Positions 1 to 10,035 are shown, counted from the stretch's first letter. The stretch: 64,000 bases of DNA from Candidatus Bathyarchaeia archaeon (GCA_050012255.1 JBEKHN010000002.1:128001-192000); one strand, 5' to 3'. Notes: generated by a model not told the origin, from the letters alone. Made by a program: numbers and translations.

Positions 1-2
1 AA

Positions 3-452
3 TTGGTGTTGACTATTGACCTATTCACTTGGTGGGCTATCAGCATTTCCTGGAGCATCGCTTTTCTAATAGTAGCCGGCTTTTACCTCTATGCAAGCAG
101 CAGACCTAAGCGCAAAGAAGATACACGGGAAGAAAGCAAACGAAAGACGAATGATGAGCATTCAGTTAAAGCGCGCACGTACAAAACTCAACTGAAAGCA
201 ACGGCAGGAAGCATAGCCAAAAACTTCATTTTCGTTTGGATCCTGCTGGGTCTTCTTGTCTTCTACATCTTCTCAGTCCAGCTGGGCACAGGCACGCTGC
301 CAGAGGCGGTTTTCGCGGCGGGCAACATCGTTGTCGAAGCCCTTTTAGTCTTTTATTTGCTTAAGAACAGGGATAAAATCCCCACTGAAGAACAGACGGA
401 AAAGGCAGGACGAGAATTGCATGCTGAAGCGCGCGCTCCAACAGAGAATTGA
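3..452 (+). CDS. Hypothetical membrane protein (about 3 TM segments; start may lie at or before the window edge)
   Basis: 149-aa ORF with three hydrophobic stretches separated by charged linkers. Confidence 0.6.
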   Translation: MVLTIDLFTWWAISISWSIAFLIVAGFYLYASSRPKRKEDTREESKRKTNDEHSVKARTYKTQLKATAGSIAKNFIFVWILLGLLVFYIFSVQLGTGTLPEAVFAAGNIVVEALLVFYLLKNRDKIPTEEQTEKAGRELHAEARAPTEN

Positions 453-525
453 AACATGAAAAAGCAAACCGCAGCGCTCATAGTTACTTACTTGCGGGAA
501 GACCCGATGCACTTTGGAGCATTAT

Positions 526-1425
526 CTAGACAGTGGGTGGTGGCGGCGGAGGAAGCGGCTGAGCTGGTTCTTCAGGACTCTTTTCTTTCCCGATCCGGGC
601 TAGGACGATGGCGGCGACGATGAGCAGGAGAACCACAACTATGATTGGCAAGTATTGCTTGTAGTCTTCCCACAGACTGGTTGCTGTGGGAGCAACGGTC
701 GGAAGGGGAACGGTGCCTTCGGTCAACATCACGTAAGGCACGTCGAACGGTAGCTGAACGCTCTGGCTGAAGACTCCTCTGTAGAGCTCCGTGAGTGCGT
801 AAACGTCAAGTGTTGAAGGATAAACAACCTCGTTCTTTGACGAGGTGTAGTACATGAGCTCCGGCCCGTTCAACGTGCTGGGTGAAGAGGCATGTCCCAG
901 ACCAAGCGCATGTCCAAACTCATGCATTGCAACGTCTTTCACGAACAGGCTGCTCGCGGTTGCGGAGCTGGTTGTTACGGTAATAGTTATTGGGGGAATC
1001 GGCTCTTGCGTTGCTGGCTGAAAATCATAGGTCGTCAGGCCGACGATGCTGGAACCCGGCGGCATCCTGTTTGGAGTAAAGGTCACGAGCACGTCGTAAT
1101 CCTGCGTTGCGTTGATGCTGCTAACGTAGAAAACATAGCTCATTGCTGGCAGCGAAGTGTCGTTGAAGGTTTGAGTGTAGTTCCAGATGCTTTTCATCCA
1201 ATCGTCCAAAGCTTCGCGGACGGCAAGAGCGTAGTCTGGCACGCTCCACTGGTTCATGTCAACAAGAACCCTCAGAGGAAATCTGGTCCACCTAAACTCT
1301 TCAAGCTTAATAGAATAGGAAGACTGAATCAGCGCCGACTTCCCAGCTGACGAGGCACAACCAACAAGCAGTGCTGCTACTAGCAAAGAGCACAAGATCG
1401 ACTTCGCTTTGATGAAGATGACCAT
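526..1425 (-). CDS. Matrixin/M10-like zinc metalloprotease, exported and C-terminally membrane-anchored
   Basis: HEFGHALGLGH metzincin motif, Met-turn (ELMY), N-terminal signal-like segment, C-terminal TM helix and Pro-rich tail. Confidence 0.85.
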   Translation of the reverse strand: MVIFIKAKSILCSLLVAALLVGCASSAGKSALIQSSYSIKLEEFRWTRFPLRVLVDMNQWSVPDYALAVREALDDWMKSIWNYTQTFNDTSLPAMSYVFYVSSINATQDYDVLVTFTPNRMPPGSSIVGLTTYDFQPATQEPIPPITITVTTSSATASSLFVKDVAMHEFGHALGLGHASSPSTLNGPELMYYTSSKNEVVYPSTLDVYALTELYRGVFSQSVQLPFDVPYVMLTEGTVPLPTVAPTATSLWEDYKQYLPIIVVVLLLIVAAIVLARIGKEKSPEEPAQPLPPPPPPTV

Positions 1426-1554
1426 TCTGCGTGCCCTCTTTCAGGTCAAAGGTCCTGCGCAGAGATCCTGTTTCCAGTCGGATTCTTAAACGTGTTTTCC
1501 CTGAAAACCTCAAGACGCACGTTTCAGAACTTGATATCCGGTTCACACAGTTAC

Positions 1555-1853
1555 ATCAATCTCAGGAAAGTCTCAGTTCAGTACCTGAAGTGAGAACTGA
1601 CACTCTAAGCGGAAGCACCACACGTGGGCAAGCTCTGAGCAACGCGGATAAAATCAGGAGACGCAGTGATGGTGTAGTGCATTGAAAAGTCAGTACCCTT
1701 GCCAGCCTCTCTGCGAAGCCCTCGGCACGCGCTCAGCCTCAAGCCCGTACAAATCCGCTAGGGCCTTCTCCAGCGCCTGCGTGCAGTACTAGTACCCTAG
1801 GGGGGAGGGGGAGGGTGGAATAGACGGGTGAAAACGCGAATACAGGGATGTAG
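1555..1853. repeat. Dispersed ~300-bp non-coding element, copy A (inverted relative to copy B at ~9726-10035)
   Basis: Manual alignment to the reverse complement of copy B. Identical blocks: CGTGCAGTACTAGTACCCTAGGGGGGAGG (1780-1808), GTGGGCAAGCTCTGAG (1624-1639), TCTGCGAAGCCCTCG. Boundaries approximate. Confidence 0.85.
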
Positions 1854-1889
1854 CGGATGTAACGGAGAACAGTCCTCCTGGTCTGCGAC

Positions 1890-2708
1890 TCAACTTTTTC
1901 TTTCCAAATGGCTTATGAGGCTTTCAAACACCAGTTTTCCGTCTCCGTACTCGGACATCCGTTTCTGTCTCGTCCAGTCTGGCTGCTGCCACCAGTAGAA
2001 GGCTCTTTCCGGATGCGGCATCAAGCCGAACACGGTTCCCTCAGGGTTGCACACACCCACTATGTCATGAAACGAGCCGTTCGGGTTTGTCGGATAAGCG
2101 CCCTCTGCGTACTCGCCGCCGCTGTTGCAGTAGCGGAAGACAAGCTGATCATTCTCGTAAAGCCTCTCCAAGCACTGCCTCTCTTTTTCTTTTGCAAACA
2201 TGAACCTGCCCTCACTGTGCGCGACTGGCACACGAAGTACCTTTCCCCCAGGAATCTTCGACGTGAATACGCACTTTCCCCTGTTTTCATGCTTAACGCT
2301 AACCCATCTGCAATTGTACCCTGGCGGAAAATTAGTGGCCAAGGCTGCCTCAGGATAAAGACTAATTCCTTCAAAAGCCGGAAGCAACCCTGCCTCAACG
2401 AGCACCTGAAACCCATTGCAGATGCCGAGGATCGGACGGTTTTCGTCCACAAAAACTCTCAACTCTCTGCCCAACTTGGACATTAACCATTTCGCCCATA
2501 TGGCTCCAGCTCTAACGTAATCTCCGTAAGCGAAACCGCCTGGAAAGACCAACGCGTCATAGTCTAACATGCTTCGCCGCTTCACCATCTCGTTCGCATG
2601 CACAACTTCGGCTTGAACGCCCAGCGCTTCGAACGCCCGTCTCGTCTCAGCATCACAGTTCGTTCCGCCTACCCGCGAAACACAAACCCTGATCTCTTCC
2701 CGCTTCAC
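1890..2708 (-). CDS. purQ: FGAM synthase glutaminase subunit PurQ
   Basis: GTNCD, PGGFAYGDY, GICNGFQ and MPHPER motifs. Confidence 0.97.
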   Translation of the reverse strand: MKREEIRVCVSRVGGTNCDAETRRAFEALGVQAEVVHANEMVKRRSMLDYDALVFPGGFAYGDYVRAGAIWAKWLMSKLGRELRVFVDENRPILGICNGFQVLVEAGLLPAFEGISLYPEAALATNFPPGYNCRWVSVKHENRGKCVFTSKIPGGKVLRVPVAHSEGRFMFAKEKERQCLERLYENDQLVFRYCNSGGEYAEGAYPTNPNGSFHDIVGVCNPEGTVFGLMPHPERAFYWWQQPDWTRQKRMSEYGDGKLVFESLISHLERKS

Positions 2709-2711
2709 AGC

Positions 2712-5093
2712 CTAAGCCCTCCTGCTAAACGTTCGCTTCCAACTCGCCACCAGATCATTAAGCGAAACGTCAACGACAACCTCGCCCGCCAACCCTGTGA
2801 CACACAGTCTAGGAGACTTTGTAACCCTGCCAATCTCTGCAAAAACCCTGCCTTCCATTACCTCCTCAAAACGTTCCTTCGCCTCTCCAGAAACTTCTAC
2901 GAGGAAACGACTGTTCGACTCCGAGAACAGCAGAAAATCGTCACGGTTCAACTTCTGCGAAGAAACCTTCCTCAGATCCAGCGCGATCCCGTACCCACCT
3001 GCAAAAGCCATCTCCGCTGCGCTGACGGCCAAACCTCCTTCAGAAAGGTCGTGACATGCTCTGACCAGTCCAGAATCAATCGCCCTGGTCACTGCGCCAA
3101 AGGTCTTCTCAGCCTGGTTCCTCCGCACTTTAGGCACGGTTCTTCCGAGAACTCCATTCATTCTATAGTATTCCGAACCGCCGAGCTCTTTGAAAGTTCC
3201 TCCAACGAGATAGATCAAATCATTCGCGGCCTTGACATCCACAGACACTGCGGAGCGCACATCAGGAACTATGCCTAGAGCTGTTATCAACAGCGTCGGA
3301 GTCACCGGGCCCAGAGGTGACTCGTTGTAGAGGCTGTCCTTCCCCGAGATGAACGGTGTGCCGTATCCAATCGCGAAGTCATAACATGCCTCGCACGCCC
3401 TAACCAAGCTCCCAAGCCTCTCTGGCCGTTCAGGATTGCCCCACGTAAAGTTGTCAAGAAGAGCTATTCGTCTTCCGCCCACAGCCACGTTGTTTCGCAC
3501 CGCTTCATCTATGACAGAAGCAGCCATCCAGTAAGTGTCTATTTTTCCGTAGTTCGGGTTCATGCCGCACGAGATTGCCACACCCTTCCAACTATCATCC
3601 AAAGGTTTCAACACGGCAGCGTCGTTGGGACCGCCGTTCTTGCCCTGCAATGGCTTCAGCACCGTGTTCCCTTTCACTTCATGATCGTACGTTCGCACGA
3701 CGCTCTCTTTGCTCGCAATGTTAGGCGAAGAAAGAAGCCGCAAGACCGTTTCTGCGAGGTCTTCCTGTGTGGGAACTTCAGGCTCCTCCAAGTTTGCTAC
3801 TTTGTATTTCGCCATTTTCGTCATTCTAGGCGGCTCAAACAAGAATGAGATGTCCATTTCTGCAACTGTTAGGCCGTGAAAGCTCAGTCTTAGTGTTCTG
3901 TTTGAGGTCAGCTTTCCGATGGCCGCGGCTTCAACGTCTTCATCTTCAAAAACAGCTAACAAATGTTCGAGGTTTTCAGGCGGCGCTGTTAGGAGCATTC
4001 TCTCTTGAGATTCTGAAACGTAGATTTCCCATGGGGCTAGGTCCGCATGTTTCAAGGGAACTCTTTCAAGCTCCACCGTAGCGCCGCAGTCAAACTTTTT
4101 CGCGGTTTCGCCCACGGCAGAGGACAGACCACCACCGCCTAAGTCTGTGATTGCAGATGCCAGCCCGAGGTCTCGGATTTTGATTATTGCCCTCTTGAGC
4201 TTTTCCTCCTCGATCGGGTTGGCTATCTGAACTGCGGGGCGAGAAACCTCCTCTGATTTTTCCGTCAGTTCTGCAGAAGCGAAGGTCACGCCGTGTATGC
4301 CGTCCCGGCCAGTTTTCCCACCGGCCAAAACGATGACCTCATTCGATTTCGCGTCTTTCCTAAACTTCTTGAGTGGAAGAAGCCCAACACATCCGCAGTA
4401 GACCACGACATTCCCAACGTAGCTTTCATCGAAGTATATGGCACCGTTTACCGTTGGAATGCCCATGTTATTACCGTAGCTTCCTATGCCAGCAACGACG
4501 CCCATGTAAACGTATTTTGGATGCTTAACCCCAGCTGGAAGTTTCTCATAATCAAAATCCAGCGGTCCGAATCCCAAGACATCGGTGCACGCGATCGGGT
4601 CCGCCCAAACGCCTAAGATGTCCCGGATGACACCGCCTGTTCCAGTTGCCGCACCTCCGAAGGGCTCGACTGCAGATGGGTGATTGTGCGTTTCAACTTT
4701 GATTGCTACTCCGTAACCCTTGTCAAAATCGACTATACCAGCATTATCTTCAAAAACAGAGAAGCACCAGGACGGGTTGATTTCCTCCACAACTTTCCTG
4801 ATGTACTTTTTGAACAGGTTGTCGATTTCCTTCCCGCCGAATCTTATCTTGCCCTTGAAAGTTTTGTGGAAACAGTGCTCTGACCACGTCTGTCCTATCG
4901 TTTGAAGCTCCACATCAGTGGGATTCCGTCTTTTTTTTGCGAAATACTGTTTGGCCAGATTCATTTCTTCCAGGTTCAGGCCGATGCCGAGTTCACGGCT
5001 TATCTCAACAAGCTGCTCGTTTGTTGCATTGTTAACATTAACTTCAAAGACGGGAAAAGGGGTTTCTCTTCGGATGTAAAAGCTTGCAGTCAT
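2712..5093 (-). CDS. purL: FGAM synthase subunit PurL
   Basis: WSEHCFHK, KVETHNHPS, GRDGIHG, DLGGGGL and SESQERM motifs. Confidence 0.98.
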   Translation of the reverse strand: MTASFYIRRETPFPVFEVNVNNATNEQLVEISRELGIGLNLEEMNLAKQYFAKKRRNPTDVELQTIGQTWSEHCFHKTFKGKIRFGGKEIDNLFKKYIRKVVEEINPSWCFSVFEDNAGIVDFDKGYGVAIKVETHNHPSAVEPFGGAATGTGGVIRDILGVWADPIACTDVLGFGPLDFDYEKLPAGVKHPKYVYMGVVAGIGSYGNNMGIPTVNGAIYFDESYVGNVVVYCGCVGLLPLKKFRKDAKSNEVIVLAGGKTGRDGIHGVTFASAELTEKSEEVSRPAVQIANPIEEEKLKRAIIKIRDLGLASAITDLGGGGLSSAVGETAKKFDCGATVELERVPLKHADLAPWEIYVSESQERMLLTAPPENLEHLLAVFEDEDVEAAAIGKLTSNRTLRLSFHGLTVAEMDISFLFEPPRMTKMAKYKVANLEEPEVPTQEDLAETVLRLLSSPNIASKESVVRTYDHEVKGNTVLKPLQGKNGGPNDAAVLKPLDDSWKGVAISCGMNPNYGKIDTYWMAASVIDEAVRNNVAVGGRRIALLDNFTWGNPERPERLGSLVRACEACYDFAIGYGTPFISGKDSLYNESPLGPVTPTLLITALGIVPDVRSAVSVDVKAANDLIYLVGGTFKELGGSEYYRMNGVLGRTVPKVRRNQAEKTFGAVTRAIDSGLVRACHDLSEGGLAVSAAEMAFAGGYGIALDLRKVSSQKLNRDDFLLFSESNSRFLVEVSGEAKERFEEVMEGRVFAEIGRVTKSPRLCVTGLAGEVVVDVSLNDLVASWKRTFSRRA

Positions 5094-5341
5094 CGCTTTT
5101 CCTCAATGTTGACCGAGTAATTGTCCTTTGTTGGATTTGCCAGAAGCCTTTTGCACATCTCTTCAGCTTTCATCACAGCCTCCTTCTTTGACCGAGCTTC
5201 AAGAGTGACGGTGTAGACTTTGCTGACATTAGCAGTTTCAATTTCATAGCCAAGCTCTTTCAATAGCTGTGCGGTCGTCTCGCCTTCAGGGTCGCTGTGC
5301 CCGGGCTTCAGGCTTACCTCGATTCTCAGGCGGTATTTCAT
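5090..5341 (-). CDS. purS: FGAM synthase subunit PurS
   Basis: DPEG and LLANP motifs; 4-nt overlap with purL. Confidence 0.95.
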   Translation of the reverse strand: MKYRLRIEVSLKPGHSDPEGETTAQLLKELGYEIETANVSKVYTVTLEARSKKEAVMKAEEMCKRLLANPTKDNYSVNIEEKR

Positions 5342-5398
5342 AGGCTAAGCTTGGACCGAAATGGATTTAAACGCTTTTGCCACCATCAGAACAAACTG

Positions 5399-6475
5399 CT
5401 AATCCAAAATGATTTTCTTACCCTTGTGTAGGACCCTGATTCCCCCAAGGCCTGTTACGTGACCTATCTGTTCTGATTCTACTCCTGCTTTGTTCAAAAC
5501 GTCTAAGGCTTTGTCTGTGTCGGCTTTTTCCACTATGGCTGCGAATCCCCACCCCATGTTAAATGTTCTGAACATCTCCACGTCAGTTATTGGGGTGTTT
5601 AGCTCGCTTGCGGTTTTTTGGATTAAGTCGAAGATTGGCTGTGGTTTGAAGTTGTTGAATTCAAAACCTATGTCTTGTGAAAACGTGGCCAGACGGCCAA
5701 ACTTGAGGTATGCGTCGCCAGTGATGTGCACGGCGGCCTTCACCTCCAGCTTCTCTGTCAGTCTGAGAAAAGGCTTGACGTATATTCTGGTCGGTTCCAA
5801 GACTTCATGAACCAGTTCTCGTTCTAACCCGTCAGGAACAGCGTCAGCCTTATACTTCCCGCCCCATTGCTTGAAGAGAACTCTTCTGGCGAGAGATATG
5901 CCATTGCTGTGAAGCCCTGAACTCTTCAAGCCTATTATTGGGTCCCCTGGGCCCATGTTTCTTCCTGAAATCACATCTTCTTTAGCGACTTCACCTACTG
6001 CCGCGAAAATCATGTCGAACCCCTTGCCTGCACGCAGACCCTTTATCAGATCGGCTACATCGCCAATCTCGCCGCTGGGAACTATGCATTCTGACTCGGC
6101 TGCCCCTCTTGAAATGCCTCTCATCCATTCTCTGACAAGAGAGGGATCGGAAACCTGTGCGTGGATGTTATCCGCAATTGCGATTGGTCTCGCGCCGGAA
6201 CGTATGACATCATTGACTGCCATTGCCACGCCGTCAATACCAATAGTATCATATTCGCCTGCTAGCTGAGCAATGAGCACTTTTGTGCCAACTCCTTCAA
6301 TAGCTAGGTCCAGATAGCCGTCGTGAAATGGAAATATGTTCCCGTACGGAAGCTCGACAACTTTGCCGTATCGACTGTGTTTATAGGTCTGCTTCAATAC
6401 TTGCAACGCTTTTTTTGACTCAGCTCTTAGGTCTCTGTCAACTCCAGAGTCGGAGTAAGTGAGTTTTCGGGTCAC
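5399..6475 (-). CDS. purM: AIR synthetase PurM
   Basis: YSDSGVD, EGVGTK, SSGLHSNG, HITG and TFNMGWG motifs. Confidence 0.95.
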   Translation of the reverse strand: MTRKLTYSDSGVDRDLRAESKKALQVLKQTYKHSRYGKVVELPYGNIFPFHDGYLDLAIEGVGTKVLIAQLAGEYDTIGIDGVAMAVNDVIRSGARPIAIADNIHAQVSDPSLVREWMRGISRGAAESECIVPSGEIGDVADLIKGLRAGKGFDMIFAAVGEVAKEDVISGRNMGPGDPIIGLKSSGLHSNGISLARRVLFKQWGGKYKADAVPDGLERELVHEVLEPTRIYVKPFLRLTEKLEVKAAVHITGDAYLKFGRLATFSQDIGFEFNNFKPQPIFDLIQKTASELNTPITDVEMFRTFNMGWGFAAIVEKADTDKALDVLNKAGVESEQIGHVTGLGGIRVLHKGKKIILD

Positions 6476-6660
6476 TGCTAAGCCTTCCTGTCTAAAGTCT
6501 ATCTGGTTCTCGATTTATAAAACATCATTCCTTCTCTTCAAAAACCACTGACCCAATGAACTGCTCGAGATACAGTGAATCAGAACTAAGATTAGCATTC
6601 GAATTGGGAAAAGATGATTCTGTTTCGAGTCCGGCAGGACATTAGCGCTTTCTCAGAGCT

Positions 6661-7068
6661 CTATCTCTGCCTTAGTTGCGGTTCATACAAGATCGTCGGC
6701 CTTCTAATTCCATTCTCAGCAGCCAAAAGCATGCTCAGGAGCACGTAATACTGCCTTAAAAAGTCAAGCCCTCTATCACTTGCTCTGTACACGACCTTGC
6801 CCTCTTTTAGGCCTTCTTGGATAAAGCCCATCTCAACGAGAGAACCAAGAAATCGTTTGAGTTGACCGCAATTGATGCTCGCGTGCTTCATTATAGAAAA
6901 TCTGGCCTGTCCCGCATCCTTAACCGCCTCAACCATCAAAGCTATGATTTCAAAGTGGCTTCTATATTTCTTGCCCAGAGGGAAGCCGCACATACGGTAT
7001 TTCTTCTGCAAAGGTAAGCAAGACAAATCATGATCGATGGCATAATTCTCCATGATGGAACACTTCAA
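6661..7068 (-). CDS. Archaeal winged-helix DNA-binding protein (true start probably near KKYRSHFEII)
   Basis: YRSxxEII...SIMKHASIN...L.GFI...Y..SDRG pattern typical of small archaeal wHTH regulators. Confidence 0.7.
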   Translation of the reverse strand: MKCSIMENYAIDHDLSCLPLQKKYRMCGFPLGKKYRSHFEIIALMVEAVKDAGQARFSIMKHASINCGQLKRFLGSLVEMGFIQEGLKEGKVVYRASDRGLDFLRQYYVLLSMLLAAENGIRRPTILYEPQLRQR

Positions 7069-7240
7069 TCAATTAAAGGCCGTTTAAGCGTTTAAGGGAT
7101 TTTTCTGTAGACCTAGTTGAAAAATGAGAAAATCGAGCTGAAGAGTTGACATCTGAGTTGAAAGAATTGAATTTGAACGTCTTCTGAGACGAAGCATTAT
7201 TATATTGGTCAATTGACACTATTGAATAAGGGAAAATGGC

Positions 7241-7840
7241 TTGTCTCAACGTCGATTGCCGCCAGCCGAAATGAAAATTCTCGAAGAAGTGGCGAGGACG
7301 GAGCCTGTTGTCGGTAATATACGCTTACGAGAGGGAGAGTATCAATACAGCCTTGTCAAAGCAATCGCATCCTTCGAGTTAGAGTTGATGTTTCCAGATG
7401 TCAAAGACCTCATAAGAAGACTTTTTGGAGAAGAAAAATCGTCCGACCTCCAGTTTGTGCGGAAGATTCAGACCATCCTCAAGAAGATGGAGAAGAGCAA
7501 CATTGTCAGGATCTTGCCGAAGAAAAACCCTTGGCAACTCCAGAGATACGCGCTTTCAAGCTTCAAGTTTCGAGACAGCGACAAGAACCTTGTGGTTCTT
7601 GCAACGGACCAGCAAGTAAAACAGATGCAAGATCTGCTTCATTCTGCTTTGACCCAACAAGAAAAAGGAAGAAGAGACTACTTCAAGGTTCTTCCATTGA
7701 TGTTGGTTGTAATTGCATCGTATTTCGCGGTTGTATGGGCCCTCACACAGCCAGTCATCAACGCGGTCATTTTCATTTCTGGACTGTTTGTTTCTGTCAC
7801 GTGTTCCGTAATACTAGGAGAAATACTCAGTACAAAATGA
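7241..7840 (+). CDS. Hypothetical protein, possible N-terminal wHTH plus two C-terminal TM helices
   Basis: 199-aa ORF; LKKMEKSNIVRIL helix-wing-like segment; hydrophobic C-terminus. Confidence 0.55.
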   Translation: MSQRRLPPAEMKILEEVARTEPVVGNIRLREGEYQYSLVKAIASFELELMFPDVKDLIRRLFGEEKSSDLQFVRKIQTILKKMEKSNIVRILPKKNPWQLQRYALSSFKFRDSDKNLVVLATDQQVKQMQDLLHSALTQQEKGRRDYFKVLPLMLVVIASYFAVVWALTQPVINAVIFISGLFVSVTCSVILGEILSTK

Positions 7841-7892
7841 CTTTGAATATCGCGTCAACGTTTAATAATTCTGTATACCAAGAGAAGAAAAC

Positions 7893-9461
7893 GTGATTGA
7901 TTTGAGAAGAAGTATTTCGATCTTGTTGATTGGCTTGTCTTTAGCATTCATGTTTTCCTTTGCTAGATGCAAGGTGTCCGTGAAGGCAAGTTCGGAGGTA
8001 ATCAACGTTCCGGAAGACTTTAAAAAAATCCAAGATGCCATAAACAATGCAAGTTCAGGGGCGACGATCCTCATAGGCAACGGCACCTACTATGAATCTC
8101 TGACTATAAACAAAACCTTGACACTTCTTGGACAAGGCAGAGATGTGACAACCATTGATGGCAACGGTGCTAATTACGCAGTTTCAGTAACGGCTGACAA
8201 TGTGACCATTGAACATTTGACCGTCACGAACACAGGTGCAGGACCCTATGTCAACGGTGTTCACGCGGATCGGTGCAAAGGAGTTATCATTAACAATACT
8301 AAGATAGCGAAAACCTACACTGGACTTACTGTTTCCTTTTTAGGTAACAGTGTTTTTTCGGCCAACATCATCGCGAATAATACTAACGGGGTCTTGCTAC
8401 TCTACTCCAACAATAACGTGTTTTCAAACAACATTGTTCAAAGCAATTCTGAGGGAATCAGCCTTTATTATTCGAACAGCAACGTGTTTTCTGCCAGCAC
8501 GGTTTCAAACAATGTCGAAGGAGTTTTTCTCTCTTCGCCGAGTAATAGGAACTACTTTTATCATAACAACTTTCAGGATCCGGTTCAGGTGACGGAGGGG
8601 TCACCGAACATTTGGAGCTACAACGGAGAAGGTAACTACTGGAGTAGCTATAACTTCACTGGTCGAGACCCGGACGCTGATGGAATCGGCGATGAGCCTT
8701 ACTACATAGATGATACCAACAGGGACGACTATCCTTTGATGGGAACCTTTTCTGAGTTCAGCATCGTGATGAAACAGGAAGAGCGCTATGTCACAGTCGT
8801 TAGCAACTCCACAATTTCTGATTTCGGGTTCGAAATTGGAAAGGAAACTGGCAACAAGATACTCAGCTTCAAAGCGGCTGGTGAGAGTGGCACCACCAGC
8901 TTCTGCAGACTGATGATCCCAACGTCACTAATGGAATATCCTTTTACTGTCCTTGACAATGAAGGAGAACTCACTACTTCTGTGTTAAACGCGTCAGACG
9001 CGACGAGCACCTATCTGTATTTCACGTATGTCCAAAACGATCAGAATGTTGCAGTAATTTCTTCAATAGCGTTGCAGCAGTATAACCAATTGCTTGACAA
9101 GTACACGAGGCTTCAAACGGACCTTGACAACCTGAACTCCACGTATCAAGCTCTTCTGACTTACTACGACGTGAAGCTGCAAGCGGAGATCGACAGTTTG
9201 AACGCCACGTATCAAGCCGCGCTGAATGGCCTCAGCATGTTGTTGCAAAACTTGAGTCAACTCCAAACTAGCTATCTGGCATTGAGCTCCTCTCTTCAGA
9301 AGAACATGCTGGATCAATCTGATAATTTGCAAAACATTCATAATCTGACATACATCTTTGCCGCTTCAACAGCAGCCTTCTTGATAACTACCGTGTACCT
9401 GTCAACCCGTGCAAAAGCGACCAACAAGCCGAAGCCCTATTTTGGTGAAGAAAAGGAATAG
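7893..9461 (+). CDS. NosD/CASH right-handed beta-helix cell-surface protein with coiled coil and C-terminal TM anchor
   Basis: VPEDFKKIQDAIN, GTYYE, repeated Asn-rich beta-helix turns, GNYWSSY...DADGIGDEPY...DDYPLM. Confidence 0.85.
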   Translation: MIDLRRSISILLIGLSLAFMFSFARCKVSVKASSEVINVPEDFKKIQDAINNASSGATILIGNGTYYESLTINKTLTLLGQGRDVTTIDGNGANYAVSVTADNVTIEHLTVTNTGAGPYVNGVHADRCKGVIINNTKIAKTYTGLTVSFLGNSVFSANIIANNTNGVLLLYSNNNVFSNNIVQSNSEGISLYYSNSNVFSASTVSNNVEGVFLSSPSNRNYFYHNNFQDPVQVTEGSPNIWSYNGEGNYWSSYNFTGRDPDADGIGDEPYYIDDTNRDDYPLMGTFSEFSIVMKQEERYVTVVSNSTISDFGFEIGKETGNKILSFKAAGESGTTSFCRLMIPTSLMEYPFTVLDNEGELTTSVLNASDATSTYLYFTYVQNDQNVAVISSIALQQYNQLLDKYTRLQTDLDNLNSTYQALLTYYDVKLQAEIDSLNATYQAALNGLSMLLQNLSQLQTSYLALSSSLQKNMLDQSDNLQNIHNLTYIFAASTAAFLITTVYLSTRAKATNKPKPYFGEEKE

Positions 9462-9546
9462 ACGGCCTCTCAGCATTTTAACGCCATGGAGCAACGGATA
9501 AAAGCTCAACACGTTATCTCTTTTCTGCGAAGTCTTTGCAAACACT

Positions 9547-9620
9547 GCGGTCGTAGTCTAGCTTGGCCAGGACATCGGCCTCCCACGCCGACGACCCGGG
9601 TTCAAATCCCGGCGACCGCA
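9547..9620 (+). tRNA. tRNA-Gly(CCC), intronless, CCA not encoded
   Basis: Acceptor GCGGTCG/CGACCGC, anticodon arm TCGGC-CTCCCAC-GCCGA, T arm CCGGG-TTCAAAT-CCCGG. Confidence 0.96.
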
Positions 9621-9725
9621 TCAGCAGCTCTTGATTGAAGACTCACGCGCAGATCGGTGACGTGACAAAAAGAATCCAGTTAGTTTTGTTTGCTGTTCGT
9701 CCCGGAATCGGGTCTTGACAGGGAG

Positions 9726-10035
9726 CTAACATCCTCTGTTTCGGGTTTTCACCCGGTCTATTTCGCCCTCCTCCTCCCCCCTAGGGTACTAGTACTGCAC
9801 GTGGTCGTTGGGCAAGGCCCTTCTGACTTGATGCGGGCTTCGGGCCGAGCGCGTGTCGAGGGCTTCGCAGATAGCCACGGCAAGGATAGTGACTTTTTAA
9901 CGCCTTTCATGTATTGTGCGATCACCCCATCCTCTGGTTTCATCCACTAGACTCAGAGCTTGCCCACACACCTGTCCCTTGCTCTTAGGGTGTCTGTCCT
10001 TCACCCAGTCTGAACAAGCCATTTCTGGGGTTGAT
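9726..10035. repeat. Dispersed ~300-bp non-coding element, copy B
   Basis: Reverse complement of copy A; identical 29-nt core at 9773-9801 and 16-nt block at 9952-9967. Confidence 0.85.

Noticed and set aside
1431-1685. ORFs 1431-1685, 9690-9950, 9758-9943 and 9897-10085 as genes (two share GQALS)
   Set aside because: The similarity comes from the DNA repeat; frames and stops are not conserved between copies.
1555-1853. Repeat as RNase P RNA, SRP RNA or hammerhead ribozyme
   Set aside because: CAGGAAAGTC occurs in one copy only; no P4 3' strand, SRP helix 8 motif or CUGANGA core was found.
9547-9720. Integrated element at tRNA-Gly
   Set aside because: No integrase and no duplicated tRNA 3' end were seen in the window.
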